DNA of 64,000 nt from an uncultured Gammaproteobacteria bacterium (GTDB taxonomy: Bacteria; Patescibacteriota; Patescibacteriia; S139-126): positions 258,521 through 322,520 of the forward strand of contig CAZBLW010000002.1 of NCBI GenBank assembly GCA_964493305.1, given 5' to 3'. Every line of letters begins with the position of its first letter. Position 1 is the first letter of the stretch. Position numbers and translations under genes: made by a program. Shown one piece after another: positions 1-10,900 of the stretch. Below the pieces are notes generated by a model that worked only from the letters and a program-made list of their open reading frames with translations, made no database searches and had not been told where the DNA came from.

Positions 1-1
1 A

Positions 2-2302
2 CGTATCAGGGCCGGTGCCAGCCAAGGGTCAAACAATTTATTTGAAATTCAAGATGCCACGGCCGCTTACGCTTTACTTTTTACTTCAACCCAAGAGTTA
101 CGCGTTTATGCCACCAGCTCCGGGCAGTATGTAGCTATGTTCCATGATGGCACCAATGGTAAAATCATTACCTCCAGTGGTGACTTGGAAATTGGTAGCG
201 GTGGTGGTGACTTACGCGTGTATGATAGTAGTGGAGTTGATTATATCCAAATCACCCATGATGGCACTGATGCCAACCTGGCACTCAATGCCGGAGTATT
301 CCGTATGAGTACCAGTACAGTCACTGATGGCACTATCAAGACTGGTGGTGGCAATGCCCAAGGTTATAACTCTTTTGGTACAGGTAGCCCTGGTCAAGCT
401 GCTATTGCCTCGAGCTCTGATGTTTATGTAGCGGGTGAATTGGAAGTGGATGGCGTAGCTTATCTGTCCGGTGGTACTGCTTGGACACAAGGTGACTTTG
501 CCGAACGAGTAACAATTTTTGAAGCTTCGGCTTTACCTGGTGATTTGATTGTGGCCAATGATTTAGGTGGAGAGGCCAGAGGTAGGTTATCTTATAGTGC
601 CAATTCCAACAAAATATTGGGTGTCATTTCAACAGCGCCAGCAGGAATTTTGAAAAATGATGCGCCCGGTGAACCACTTGCTCTCACTGGAACTGTACCA
701 GTCAAAGTTACTATAGAAAATGGTAATATCCGCCGCGGTGATCAACTAACCTCTTCTGCCAGTGTGCCGGGTGCTGCTATGAAAGCGACTACTTCCTCAG
801 CTGGAACTGTAGGTATTGCTTTGGAAGATTATACAGCAAGCTCTACTGGTTATGTGACTATACTTCTAAATATCAACAATAAGTTTGATCCTATTTCACA
901 ACTGGCTCAAGCTGACAAACAAACTACTACCAGTACTGATAGCACTGCCAGCTCAACCGCATCCACCACCTTGGTTGTTATCAACAATTCCACCACCACG
1001 ATTGCCACTACTACCATTCAAGTCATCAACAACACCACCAACAACAACACGCAAATCGTAGTAATTGATTATGAAGAGTTAGCTAATATCAAAGTAATGG
1101 GCCAAGCAGTCTTTGCCGGTTTAGTAAAAGTAGTGGATGCTGAGTTTTCCGGTCGGGTAATGGTGAAGGGTGACATAATTGTAGCAGGGGACATTGATTT
1201 GTCTGGTGCTGTTACTACTTGGTTCTGGCAAGATATAGCTACTTCTACTTTGGTAACATCTAGCGAACAAATCCAGTTGGGCGATGCCGTAGCGATTATG
1301 GGCGAAAATACAGTGGTGCCAATGTGGGCTAATACTTATGAGTTTAAACCCGCAGTTGGTATAGCTGTGGCCCTTAAACCTTTTGCTTCACTATCGAATG
1401 AAGAAATTGCGGCAATGCCAGAAGGATTGAAAGTAAAATACCAACAAATTTTGGATGAGTTAATAGCGGCAAATACCGCTACTTCCAGTACTTCCACACA
1501 AAACATTGTTATTCGTACTGACAACCCAGCCTTTAGTGATTTCCGAATGGTCAAAGTGGCTATCAGCGGTATAGTTAAAGGTTATCAAAATTTGATTCCA
1601 GGTAGTAGATATTATCTGGCCTTGGATGAAGATATTTCTCGGCAAAAAGCAGTAATAGATACGGGTGATAATGAGTTGATTGATTTGATAAATCAAACCG
1701 AGGCATTACTCAGTGAGGCCAGTGCTTTGACTGGCACTTCAACTACTAGCACTACTGGTACAGTTGCCGGAGAAGAAGAAGTAGTTGATAATAGTTTAGC
1801 CAAAGTCAGTCGCACCATAACATATCTGGAACCAGCCGAGCAGGATGCTAAGTTGCAGGTGATTGGTATTGCCAAATCACGCAGTGAACTACTGATACAG
1901 CCCAGCTTCAATTACTCTACTTACAGAGATGGTTATTTATCCTGGGATTATGGTTCTCTCTCAACTGCCACTGCTACACCAACCAGTTCAACTCCATTTG
2001 TAAACAATCAACCGATTGTGCCGGTTTATATTCCTATTATTACTCCAACTCCTACGCCTACATCCAGCCCGACTAGTACTGCCAGTACCACCACTTCAAC
2101 TACTACTTCTACTACTACATCAACCACTGGCACTTCAACTGAGGAAATAATAGAAGACGTAGTAGTAGATGATAATGCCAACCCAGTTGGAGAAACAACC
2201 AGTATAGAAACCACGACCACCACTGATACAACCAGTAGTACCACTAGTGGTGATTCCAATTTATTGCAACCAGCTGGTGGGGGAATACAGGGAAGTATAT
2301 AA
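2..2302 (+). CDS. 5'-partial gene. The reading frame is open from window position 2, and the first ATG is at 137. Encodes a Ser/Thr-rich, probably secreted cell-surface protein with S/T/N low-complexity linkers.
   Basis: No stop in frame 2 from nt 2 up to the ORF-track start at 137. Long ORF with poly-Thr/Ser linkers (TTTSTDSTASSTASTT, TSTTTSTTTSTTG). Antisense ORFs in this span are low-complexity artefacts. Confidence 0.55.
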   Translation, partial: RIRAGASQGSNNLFEIQDATAAYALLFTSTQELRVYATSSGQYVAMFHDGTNGKIITSSGDLEIGSGGGDLRVYDSSGVDYIQITHDGTDANLALNAGVFRMSTSTVTDGTIKTGGGNAQGYNSFGTGSPGQAAIASSSDVYVAGELEVDGVAYLSGGTAWTQGDFAERVTIFEASALPGDLIVANDLGGEARGRLSYSANSNKILGVISTAPAGILKNDAPGEPLALTGTVPVKVTIENGNIRRGDQLTSSASVPGAAMKATTSSAGTVGIALEDYTASSTGYVTILLNINNKFDPISQLAQADKQTTTSTDSTASSTASTTLVVINNSTTTIATTTIQVINNTTNNNTQIVVIDYEELANIKVMGQAVFAGLVKVVDAEFSGRVMVKGDIIVAGDIDLSGAVTTWFWQDIATSTLVTSSEQIQLGDAVAIMGENTVVPMWANTYEFKPAVGIAVALKPFASLSNEEIAAMPEGLKVKYQQILDELIAANTATSSTSTQNIVIRTDNPAFSDFRMVKVAISGIVKGYQNLIPGSRYYLALDEDISRQKAVIDTGDNELIDLINQTEALLSEASALTGTSTTSTTGTVAGEEEVVDNSLAKVSRTITYLEPAEQDAKLQVIGIAKSRSELLIQPSFNYSTYRDGYLSWDYGSLSTATATPTSSTPFVNNQPIVPVYIPIITPTPTPTSSPTSTASTTTSTTTSTTTSTTGTSTEEIIEDVVVDDNANPVGETTSIETTTTTDTTSSTTSGDSNLLQPAGGGIQGSI

Positions 2303-2352
2303 AAATTATAAATTATAAATTGTAAATTATAAATTAATTATCAAAAAAACAA

Positions 2353-2433
2353 TTGTCATTCTCGTGTAAACGGGAATCTAAAAACAAAAAATTATTTATT
2401 TTTTTGGATTCCTGACTAAATCAGGAATGACAA
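2353..2433. repeat. MITE-like element (TTGTCATTCC...GGAATGACAA termini, two internal hairpins)
   Basis: ttgtcattctcgtgtaaacgggaatctaaaaacaaaaaattatttatttttttggattcctgactaaatcaggaatgacaa. Confidence 0.7.
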
Positions 2434-2460
2434 ATAAAGAAATTTAAAGTTTAGAAAGTA

Positions 2461-2952
2461 ATGTTTTTTTCCAAAAAAAATAAAAAATATATACTAATAG
2501 TTATTCTAGTTCTGATATTTTTATTATCTACATGGCTGATTATTTATTTATTTCCACCAATAAGTAAAAATTTACCACCTCTACCTACAAATCCAGTTTC
2601 CATAAAAACAAGTAATAAAATTTATGATCCAGCCAGTAAACATAGTTGCGAAGTAGTGCCATTTTCCCAATCTTTTACAAATGAACAGATTGTTTACCAG
2701 GTTAATTTATTTCCTTCAAATAAAAATTTTAGTTATCAACTAGAATTAGGAGAGCTACCGTTGGGTATAGTAGGGAATATCAACCCAATTTTAGGTAAAG
2801 GTAAAACGTCTGTAAATTTATATTTAAACAATATAACCAAGCAAACTGAAGGTTCCTTTACCATCCCCTTAGTTTATCATGAATATCAGTTGGGAAAATT
2901 CAAATGGCTGACCAACTATTGTTTGTTCAATGTGATTTTACCGGAAAATTAA
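2461..2952 (+). CDS. hypothetical protein with an N-terminal signal-anchor
   Basis: 163-aa ORF. After the basic start MFFSKKNKK there is a hydrophobic helix ILIVILVLIFLLSTWLIIYLF. It is tightly packed against the next gene. Confidence 0.5.
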   Translation: MFFSKKNKKYILIVILVLIFLLSTWLIIYLFPPISKNLPPLPTNPVSIKTSNKIYDPASKHSCEVVPFSQSFTNEQIVYQVNLFPSNKNFSYQLELGELPLGIVGNINPILGKGKTSVNLYLNNITKQTEGSFTIPLVYHEYQLGKFKWLTNYCLFNVILPEN

Positions 2953-2958
2953 TAAAAT

Positions 2959-3930
2959 ATGATATTTAGTAAAAAGAAAAAAATTACGAAAGATTACATT
3001 TATCTCCTGGTGATATTAGGGTTGGTAATTTTCAATATATTTTGCTTGAGTAGATTATCCAATCCGGAAATTTTTATAGATAAATATGGAAAGTTGTATC
3101 CTTTTATTGATTTTTCCCGCAATTTTATACCGCAAGAGTTTTATTTGTCCAATCTGCAACCTTTGAGAAATAGTTTAAACGAACTAGTCAGCCAAGAACA
3201 GTCCCAAGGCAATCAAGTAAGTATTTATTTTGAGTATTTAAATACCGGCGGCAATATTTCCATCAATCAAAATTTGCAGCTGATTCCGGCCAGTCTCAAT
3301 AAACTACCAGTGGCGATGGCGGCGTTGGATAAAGTGGAAAAGGGTGAATGGTCTCTGACTGACAGGTTGGTATTATTGCCGGAAGATGTGGATTCTAATT
3401 TTGGCACATTACACCAAGAACCACTAAATAGCAGTTTTACCATAGAATTTTTACTGAAAGAGATGTTGCAAAAATCAGACAATACTGCTCTCAATATTTT
3501 ACTGAGAAATGTGACGGTTGACGGGGTGATAAAAATTTTAGATGAAATTGGTTTGCAGGAATTATTTGACGAGCGGGGAAATATTACGGCCAAAGAATAT
3601 TCGCAATTATTTCGTTCTTTATATACGGCAAATTTATTGAACCGCGAGTATTCGCAACTTTTATTGTCCTGGCTGACCCAGACCGAGTTTAATGAGTTTA
3701 TTTCCCATAATATTCCGGCAGAAGTTCCGGTGGCGCATAAGTTTGGTTTGAACATGGATTATTTGGTTTTTGCTGATTCCGGAATTGTCTATTTACCAAA
3801 CCAGCCTTACCTACTGACAGTTTTAGTCAATCCTGAAAACAGTATCACGGCCGATAGTGCTCTTGGGGAAGCTGGAGAAATAATGAATGAAATTTCAGTC
3901 ATTATTTATAAATTTTTAAATGAACAATAA
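2959..3930 (+). CDS. membrane-anchored class A beta-lactamase-like serine hydrolase (PenP/penicillin-binding fold)
   Basis: N-terminal TM helix. Motifs in class A order and spacing: S-x-x-K (ASLNKLPVAMAA), SDN (QKSDNTALNILL, compare SDNTAANLLL in TEM), a Glu-containing omega-loop-like TEFNEF, and KFG in place of KTG (VAHKFGLN). Confidence 0.65.
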   Translation: MIFSKKKKITKDYIYLLVILGLVIFNIFCLSRLSNPEIFIDKYGKLYPFIDFSRNFIPQEFYLSNLQPLRNSLNELVSQEQSQGNQVSIYFEYLNTGGNISINQNLQLIPASLNKLPVAMAALDKVEKGEWSLTDRLVLLPEDVDSNFGTLHQEPLNSSFTIEFLLKEMLQKSDNTALNILLRNVTVDGVIKILDEIGLQELFDERGNITAKEYSQLFRSLYTANLLNREYSQLLLSWLTQTEFNEFISHNIPAEVPVAHKFGLNMDYLVFADSGIVYLPNQPYLLTVLVNPENSITADSALGEAGEIMNEISVIIYKFLNEQ

Positions 3931-6900
3931 TTTCAAAAAAATTAAATATTTTTTTGTTCCGGTATTGGTTTTTTTGATGTTGATTACCGGTATTCCTTTG
4001 GATGTGCAGTTGAATGAGCGCGGGCGCATCGTGGACACCATGTATTTAGCAATGAAAGGCCAAGTCAATTTTTCTGATTTTTATTTTGGTAATACCGCCC
4101 GCGCCGAGACCAAAACCATTATTTTGAATTTTACCCAAACGATTTTGACCGAAGGCAATACCTGGACCGTGCCGCTTGATTGGGATAATGCATCCAATAC
4201 CATAGAAGTAATTGGCGGCGGCGGCGCGGGGTGGACGGATACGGCCGGTACCAATGGCGCTGGCGGCGGTGGCGGTGGGGCATATTCCAAGTCGGTCAAT
4301 GTCACTTTAAGTGCCGGAGCGACTGTTAGTTATAATATAGGTAATGGTGGCAATGTTTATTCAGTAAATGGTGGGGATACTTATTTTTGTAACTCCACCA
4401 CCAATTGTGCTTCTATCGGTGGTAGTGCGGTAGTAGTTGGTGCTAAAGGTGGCTTGGGCGCAATCAATGCCACTGGTGCGCAAGGCGGGGCAACTTCAAC
4501 AGGAGTAGCAACCGGAACTGGCTCTGTAAAATATAAAGGAGGTAATGGTGGAACAGGTAATGGTCGCGGTGATTCTGGTGGTGGTGGAGGTGGGGCCGCA
4601 GGCCCCAATGGCAACGGTGGTAATGGCGGTGATGGTAATAGTAATACTACCTATGGTCATGGCGGCGGCGGCGGCGGAAATGGCGGCGGCGCAAATGGCG
4701 CTTCAGTGAGTGGCAATCCGCCCAGCCCAAATCAAAGTGGTGCCGGGGGAAATAATTATTTAAATACTGGTGGCGGTGCAGGTGTAACTAGTGGTGATGG
4801 TACCAATGGTACAGCTGGCGGTGGCGGTGCAGGTGGTTTTGATTCCAATGACGGAGGCAACGGCGGTGATGGTCAGGAATGGGGAGAAGTTGGCTCTGGC
4901 GGCGGCGGTGGTGGAACCGGGGATACTTCAAGCACAGTTGGTTACGGTGGTGATGCCGGTTTTTACGGCGCGGGTGGTGGTGGCGGACTTATTGGAGGAC
5001 GTGGTGCTCCAGGTATAATTATTATTACTTATGGTTATAACCAACCAACCAAAACTATTTGGACTGTTCCAAGTGATTGGAACAATGCTTCCAACACCAT
5101 AGAAGTAATTGGTGCTGGTGGGGCTGGGTATACAGCAGTTGACAGCGGTGGTGCTGCCGCTGGTGGCGGTGGCGGTTATTCCAAATCTATCAATGTATCT
5201 CTAACTGCTAATACACAAGTAGCTTATCAAATTGGCAATGGTGGTAGAAAAAATGGGCGAGGTAGTGCTATAGCTGGATTGTCAGGAGGTGATACTTATT
5301 TTTGTAATGCTACTTCAAACTGTACAACGATTGCAGGTAGTGCAGTTCGAGTAGGTGCCAAAGGTGGCACGGGTGGTACCAGTGCAACCACTGGCGGAAG
5401 AACTGGTGGTGCAGCTGCTAGTGGAGTTGCTTATGCAAATGAAGTATTAAATGGTAGTGGTAGCCAAAAGTATAGCGGTGGTACGGGAGGAGCTGGTACT
5501 GGTACTGGTGATAATGGTGGTGGCGGTGGTGGTGCAGCTGGCCCCAATGGCAATGCCGGTGCTGGTGGAAGTGGTACCAATACTGCAACTTATGGTGGTG
5601 GTGGTGGTGGTGGTGCTGGTGGCACAGCTTGTAGTGGTTCACCGTGTGCTGGTAGTGGTCCAAATACCACTACAGGTGGTGCGGGAGGTAATGGTCCGGC
5701 TGGTACTGGCGGTGGCGCTGGAGGTAATCCTGGTCAAAATGGTGGTTCTGGTACAGGTGGTGGAGCGGGAGGTGGAAATAATATTTCCGGTGGAGGCTTT
5801 GGTGGCAGTGGAAGTGAGTGGACTATTGCCGGTGCCGGTGGTGGTGGTGGTGGTGTTGGTGATAACTCAGGTGCTGAAACCACTGGTGGTAATGGTGGTT
5901 TGTTTGGTGCTGGTGGCGGTGGTGGTAAATGGGGAGGTTGGGGAGCTAACGGTTTAATAGTTATTACTTATGTGCCCGCCGTATTTAGTCAATCGGCTTA
6001 TCGATTTTTTAACAATACAAATTCTACTGTTGTGGGAGCGCCTTTTACAACTCAAAATACAACCACAACAATTCCTTATAATTCTCAGTTTCGTTTACGT
6101 ATATTGATTCATGTAGCTGATGCACCTTTGGGTACCAGTGGTCGTGATTTTAAGTTACAATTTGTTGATATGGGCACCGGTACTTGTGCTGCTCCTAGCG
6201 GCGGTAGCCCGTCAAGTTATACTGATGTCACTTCTACTACAGCCATAGCTTATTTTAATAACCCCACACCAGTAGATGGAGATGCTTTAACTAGTACCAC
6301 TACCGACCCTACTCATAGTGGACATTCGTTGGTGAATCAAACATATGAAGAAGCTAATAATTTTACCAATTCTCAATCGCAGATTGATCCTGATTCGTAT
6401 GATGGTCTTTGGGATTTTTCTTTAGATGATTATAATGCTGAAATTGGTAAGACTTATTGTTTTCGTGCAGTTGAAGCAAATAGTAAACTTTTATCTAGTT
6501 ATAATATTTATCCTGCTGTGACTTTTATTAATTTCCCTCCTACCATCACGTCTGCTACGGACGCTCCTGATCCAGTGAACGCTGGTTCCAATATTACTTT
6601 TACGGTTGATTGGTCAGATGAAAATGCTGATAATACTCGTTCGTTTATCTGTAAAACCAATTCTTTTACTTCATCAACTCTTACTTGCCCTGGGGGAGCT
6701 TGGGCATCATCAACTTCTTTTGCTACCACTGACCCGGTTGATATGGTATATACCACGCAAGTAGCTGATGGTGGTACCAACAATTACTATGCCTTTACTT
6801 GTGATAATGATAATGCTTGTTCGTCTGGTAGCCCTGGTACTTTTACCGTTAATCGCTACCCAAGTATTACTTCGGTTAATGACGCTCCTGACCCAGTGAA

Positions 6901-7903
6901 CGCTGGTTCCAATATTACTTTTACGGTTGATTGGTCAGATGCTGATGCCGGCGATTTAACCCGTTCGTTTATCTGTAAAACCAATTCCTTTACTTCCTCG
7001 ACACTTACTTGTGATGGTGGTTGGTGGTCATCAAGTACCGCATTCGCTACTACTGATCCGGTAGATGTTATTTATACTACCCAAGGAGGGGATATTGGCA
7101 CCAATAACTACTATGCTTTTACTTGTGATAATGACAATGCCTGTTCGTCTGGCAGTCCTGGTACTTTTGATGTCAATTCAGGTAATTCCGCCCCAACTAT
7201 AAATTCAGCTACTGATTATCCCGACCCAGTCAGTGTTGGCAGTGCAGTTACTTTCACAGTTAATTGGTCAGACGCTGACACTGGTGATTTAACGCGCACT
7301 TTTATTTGTAAAACCAATTCTTTTACTTCATCTACTTTGACTTGTGACGGCGGGTCTTGGGCGTCAAGTACATCTTTTAGCTCTATTAATATAACAGAAG
7401 TTTTCTATACCGCTTTACTAGGTGATTTAGGAACCAAAAACTATTTTGCATTTGTGTGTGATGATAGTAATGCTTGTTCCAATGGTAGTGCTGGTACTTT
7501 TACAGTGGTTAAGAGTGCACCAATTATAAATTCAGTTATTGATGCCCCTGATCCAGTAGTCGCTAGTAATAATATTACCTTTACAGTTAATTGGACTGAT
7601 CCGGAAGGGGACAATGCTAGGTCTTTTATTTGTAAAACCAATGTTATTACCACTTCAACCCTAACTTGTCCAGGTGGTTGGTATGCTTCCAGTACTTCCA
7701 TGGCTGCCACCAATCCAGTGCAAATATCCTATACCGCTCAAGCTGGGGATGCTGGACCTAGGAGTTATTATGCTTTTGTCTGTGATAGTGATAATAAATG
7801 TTCTACAGCTACAGTTGGTTCATTTTTGGTCAACTTAACTAGTTCAGTCAGTGGATATATTGAAGGGATATTCAATATCCTTGGTGATGTATTATTTAGA
7901 TAA
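3920..7903 (+). CDS. giant glycine-rich membrane-anchored surface protein. It has two ~370-aa Gly-rich modules (phage-tail-fibre-like glycine-rich domain) followed by four ~110-aa Cys-containing tandem repeats.
   Basis: 1327-aa ORF with an N-terminal TM. Each Gly-rich module starts WTVPxDWxNASNTIEVIGxGGAG..GGGGG(A)YSKS and ends GAPGIIIITYGY / GANGLIVITYVP. This matches the T-V-P...VIGGGGGG...RIIW architecture I recall for the phage tail-fibre glycine-rich domain. C-terminal repeats: DAPDPVNAGSNITFTVDWSD..RSFICKTNSFTSSTLTC..YYAFTCDNDNACSSGSPGTFTV, four copies. Confidence 0.75.
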   Translation: MNNNFKKIKYFFVPVLVFLMLITGIPLDVQLNERGRIVDTMYLAMKGQVNFSDFYFGNTARAETKTIILNFTQTILTEGNTWTVPLDWDNASNTIEVIGGGGAGWTDTAGTNGAGGGGGGAYSKSVNVTLSAGATVSYNIGNGGNVYSVNGGDTYFCNSTTNCASIGGSAVVVGAKGGLGAINATGAQGGATSTGVATGTGSVKYKGGNGGTGNGRGDSGGGGGGAAGPNGNGGNGGDGNSNTTYGHGGGGGGNGGGANGASVSGNPPSPNQSGAGGNNYLNTGGGAGVTSGDGTNGTAGGGGAGGFDSNDGGNGGDGQEWGEVGSGGGGGGTGDTSSTVGYGGDAGFYGAGGGGGLIGGRGAPGIIIITYGYNQPTKTIWTVPSDWNNASNTIEVIGAGGAGYTAVDSGGAAAGGGGGYSKSINVSLTANTQVAYQIGNGGRKNGRGSAIAGLSGGDTYFCNATSNCTTIAGSAVRVGAKGGTGGTSATTGGRTGGAAASGVAYANEVLNGSGSQKYSGGTGGAGTGTGDNGGGGGGAAGPNGNAGAGGSGTNTATYGGGGGGGAGGTACSGSPCAGSGPNTTTGGAGGNGPAGTGGGAGGNPGQNGGSGTGGGAGGGNNISGGGFGGSGSEWTIAGAGGGGGGVGDNSGAETTGGNGGLFGAGGGGGKWGGWGANGLIVITYVPAVFSQSAYRFFNNTNSTVVGAPFTTQNTTTTIPYNSQFRLRILIHVADAPLGTSGRDFKLQFVDMGTGTCAAPSGGSPSSYTDVTSTTAIAYFNNPTPVDGDALTSTTTDPTHSGHSLVNQTYEEANNFTNSQSQIDPDSYDGLWDFSLDDYNAEIGKTYCFRAVEANSKLLSSYNIYPAVTFINFPPTITSATDAPDPVNAGSNITFTVDWSDENADNTRSFICKTNSFTSSTLTCPGGAWASSTSFATTDPVDMVYTTQVADGGTNNYYAFTCDNDNACSSGSPGTFTVNRYPSITSVNDAPDPVNAGSNITFTVDWSDADAGDLTRSFICKTNSFTSSTLTCDGGWWSSSTAFATTDPVDVIYTTQGGDIGTNNYYAFTCDNDNACSSGSPGTFDVNSGNSAPTINSATDYPDPVSVGSAVTFTVNWSDADTGDLTRTFICKTNSFTSSTLTCDGGSWASSTSFSSINITEVFYTALLGDLGTKNYFAFVCDDSNACSNGSAGTFTVVKSAPIINSVIDAPDPVVASNNITFTVNWTDPEGDNARSFICKTNVITTSTLTCPGGWYASSTSMAATNPVQISYTAQAGDAGPRSYYAFVCDSDNKCSTATVGSFLVNLTSSVSGYIEGIFNILGDVLFR
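6538..7830 (+). repeat. four in-frame tandem repeats (~321-335 bp each) inside the 3920-7903 gene. Repeats 1 and 2 are almost identical at the nucleotide level.
   Basis: 'acgctcctgacccagtgaacgctggttccaatattacttttacggttgattggtcagatg' recurs at 6561 and 6882. Diverged copies start at ~7217 and ~7541. Confidence 0.8.
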
Positions 7904-7906
7904 TTC

Positions 7907-10900
7907 ATGAACAAAAAATTTGTACAATTTATCGCCAATAAATATTTTCTGATTTTGATTTTCATCTTTTTAGTGCTGTCTGGGGCAATTTTTGCCTGGC
8001 AAATTTTTACCAATAACTCACAAATGAGTTTGCAGGTTAGTGTGCCGGACAACTATCAAGATAAGATTGTTTACTCCTACCAAGGACAGTCTTTTGCTAT
8101 TCAACCAATTGCTGCCAGTAGCGTCAATGTGAAAAAGAAATTTTTTGCTGAGGAGTATGATTATCAAGATCCTTATAGTAAGGTTGATGTTAAGCGGTTA
8201 GTATCAGAAACCGGAGTCAAAGAAGATATTGTTTTACGCGAACCAGGACATCCTATGCAGTTTAAGTTTCAGCTTGATTTGGGTGAGTTTGATTATGTCA
8301 AAGATTTGACTGGAAATATTACTTTGACCAGCAAAACAGATAAACTCGAGGAAAAAGATTTACAACGAAAATTTTTCTTGCCCGCACCGTTTTTTATTGA
8401 TGCCGCTGGTAAGCAGAGTGATACTAGTGCAATTGATTTACGAATAGATGATAAAGGTATTATTACTTATACCTTAAATGAGTCGTGGTTAGCGCAAGCT
8501 CAGTACCCAGTTGTACTTGACCCGTCAGTGGAATTGGTAATTTTAAATGTGCACTCTTATCCGCAAACCGGTGATGAATGGGTGGTTGATTTTACCACCC
8601 AAGGCACGGCTGATTTAATCATTTCTCCAGCTGATCAAGCCACGATTGATGATGACAGGTTTGTTGGACTTTATTGTGATGGTGAGGAAAGATTGCCAGA
8701 AATATACAAAAATGACGTAATTTTTTATGCCAATTGGTCGTGTGCTGGTGTGGGTAGAGTAGTTCATTTTACTGAGTATGCTGGTAAACACACTTTAAAG
8801 TTTGAATTTGCAGGACAAGTGGCTTATGCCTACAACTCTGATTGGTGGAATCCGTCTTGGACTAAGCGCAAAAAAATATTTTTTGATACTACTACTTCAG
8901 CTACCACTTCCAATTTGATTGATTTTCCTTTGAGTGTGCAGTTGAATTCTACCAGAGTTGACTATACTGCCACACAAAATAGCGGTCAGGATATTCGGTT
9001 TGTAGATACTGACGGTACCGAACTACCTTATGAAATAGAGTCCTGGAATGAGTCGGGCACTTCTACTTTGTGGGTAAAAGTACCTCAGGTAAATCAAAAC
9101 ACTACGGCCGATTATATGTGGATGTATTATGGTAACTCAACGGCAGCTGATAATTCAACAACTACAGGAGTGTGGGATAATAATTATAAACTAGTGCAAC
9201 ATATGGATAATACCGTTACTAGTACTGACAGCTTTGTTGATTCTACCAAAAATTATAATCACGGTACTGGTTTTGGTGGAGGTTCATTGGCAGCAACTAG
9301 CAGTGGAAAGATAAATGGAGCTTTTAATTTTGACGGTACTGACGATTATGTTGAAGTATCCAATGATAGTAGTCTAAGCGGAATGAATGAACTCAGTATG
9401 TCAGCTTGGATTTATCTTGATCAACTACCTACAACCGTAGCGCATGATGTTGAAATTTTAGTGAAAAGACATAGTACTACCCCTTGGAACTCATATTATT
9501 TTTATATTGTGGGTACAGCTTGTACAAATGATAATGTTATGTATGTCTCATTGAAAAATGAATTGGAAGCAGCGGAATATCGTTGCGCCAGTTCAAGTTT
9601 AGCCGTCGGTCAGTGGTACCATGTTGCGGTTACTTGGGATGGATCAGATCTTCATTTTTATCTAAATGGCTCATATGATGATGAGGGGGCTACCAATTTT
9701 TCTGGTACTAGTGTTTTTTCTTCTGATGGTTCCTTTTATATAAATGGTGAAGATAGTGGGCCGGGTAGAATGGATGGCAAGATTGATGAAGTACGTATAT
9801 CAAGTATTGACCGGGGAGTAAATTGGATAAAATTTGAATATTGTAATCAAACTGATAGTTGTACCACTTATGGAACGGAGGAAACTGATGTGTGGTGGAA
9901 TACCAAGTGGTTGAAGCGGAAAAAGATTATGTTTGATACCACTACCTCAGCTACTACCACTAGTTTAGTAGATTTTCCCGTAGCTGTGCAGTTAAATAGT
10001 TCACGTATTGATTATGCTTATACCAAACCATATGGTGAAGATATTCGTTTTATTGACTCTGATGGCAAAACTTCACTGTCATATGAAATAGAAAAATGGG
10101 ACAAAACCGCCACCTCTACTTTTTGGGTGAAAGTACCAACCATTGATCGCAATTCCAACTCCGATCATATCTGGCTTTATTACAACAATCCTAACGCTTT
10201 GGATAACTCCACTACCACAGGAGTGTGGACCAATGGTTTTGTCGGTGTCTGGCATATGAACAACGCATACAATGCCTCAACCACTGATTCAACCAAAAAT
10301 GCTTTGCATGGCATTTCCAGAAATCTCGCAGCCACTTCTACTTATATGGTTGGTAGTGCTTTACAGTTCAACGGTTCAACTGCTGATGTAAAATTGCCAA
10401 TCAGTACACTACTCAATCCCGAATACACTTTAACCATAGAAGCTTGGGCCAGAACCAATTCATTGTCAGGTGAACAATCAATTCTTGGTCGAACTTTATC
10501 ATATGAACTTTTAGCCATGAGAACTTGGGCGCCAACTGGCAGACCATTGGCTCCAATTTATTATGCTTATGATACCTCAATGGATTTGGAATCAGCTACC
10601 GCACTAACTCCAGGACAGTTTACCTATTTGGCAGCTACTTACAATGGCACTACTACGGGAAAAGCGATTTTATATCAAGATACTATTATTAAACATACTA
10701 TCACTACCACCACCCCAGAAAGTTTATATCAAAATTCGGCTAACACTTATATTGGTGATTCGCAGTGGGATGATAATTCTGGCTTCAGTGGTGTAATTGA
10801 TGAAGTAAGAATTTCTGATACAGACAGAACTAAAAGTTGGATAAATTTTACTTATTGTAATATTAAAGAAACTTGTAATACTTACGGCAAAGAACAAACC

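Noticed and set aside
4081-5957. Pro-rich, His-rich and Val-rich ORFs (4081-4305-, 4381-4614-, 5418-5663-, 5451-5957+, 4791-5018+) inside the glycine-rich gene
   Set aside because: These are alternative-frame and antisense readings of GGT/GGC-rich codon runs (antisense ACC/GCC gives Pro/His/Thr). They are low-complexity artefacts fully embedded in the 1327-aa ORF.
3920-7903. Prophage, suggested by the phage-tail-fibre-like Gly-rich modules, the GIY-YIG gene (58302) and the HTH/excisionase-like gene (44360)
   Set aside because: No integrase, terminase, portal, capsid or tail-tube genes anywhere in the window. The Gly-rich protein has a cellular N-terminal TM anchor and sits in a surface-protein locus.
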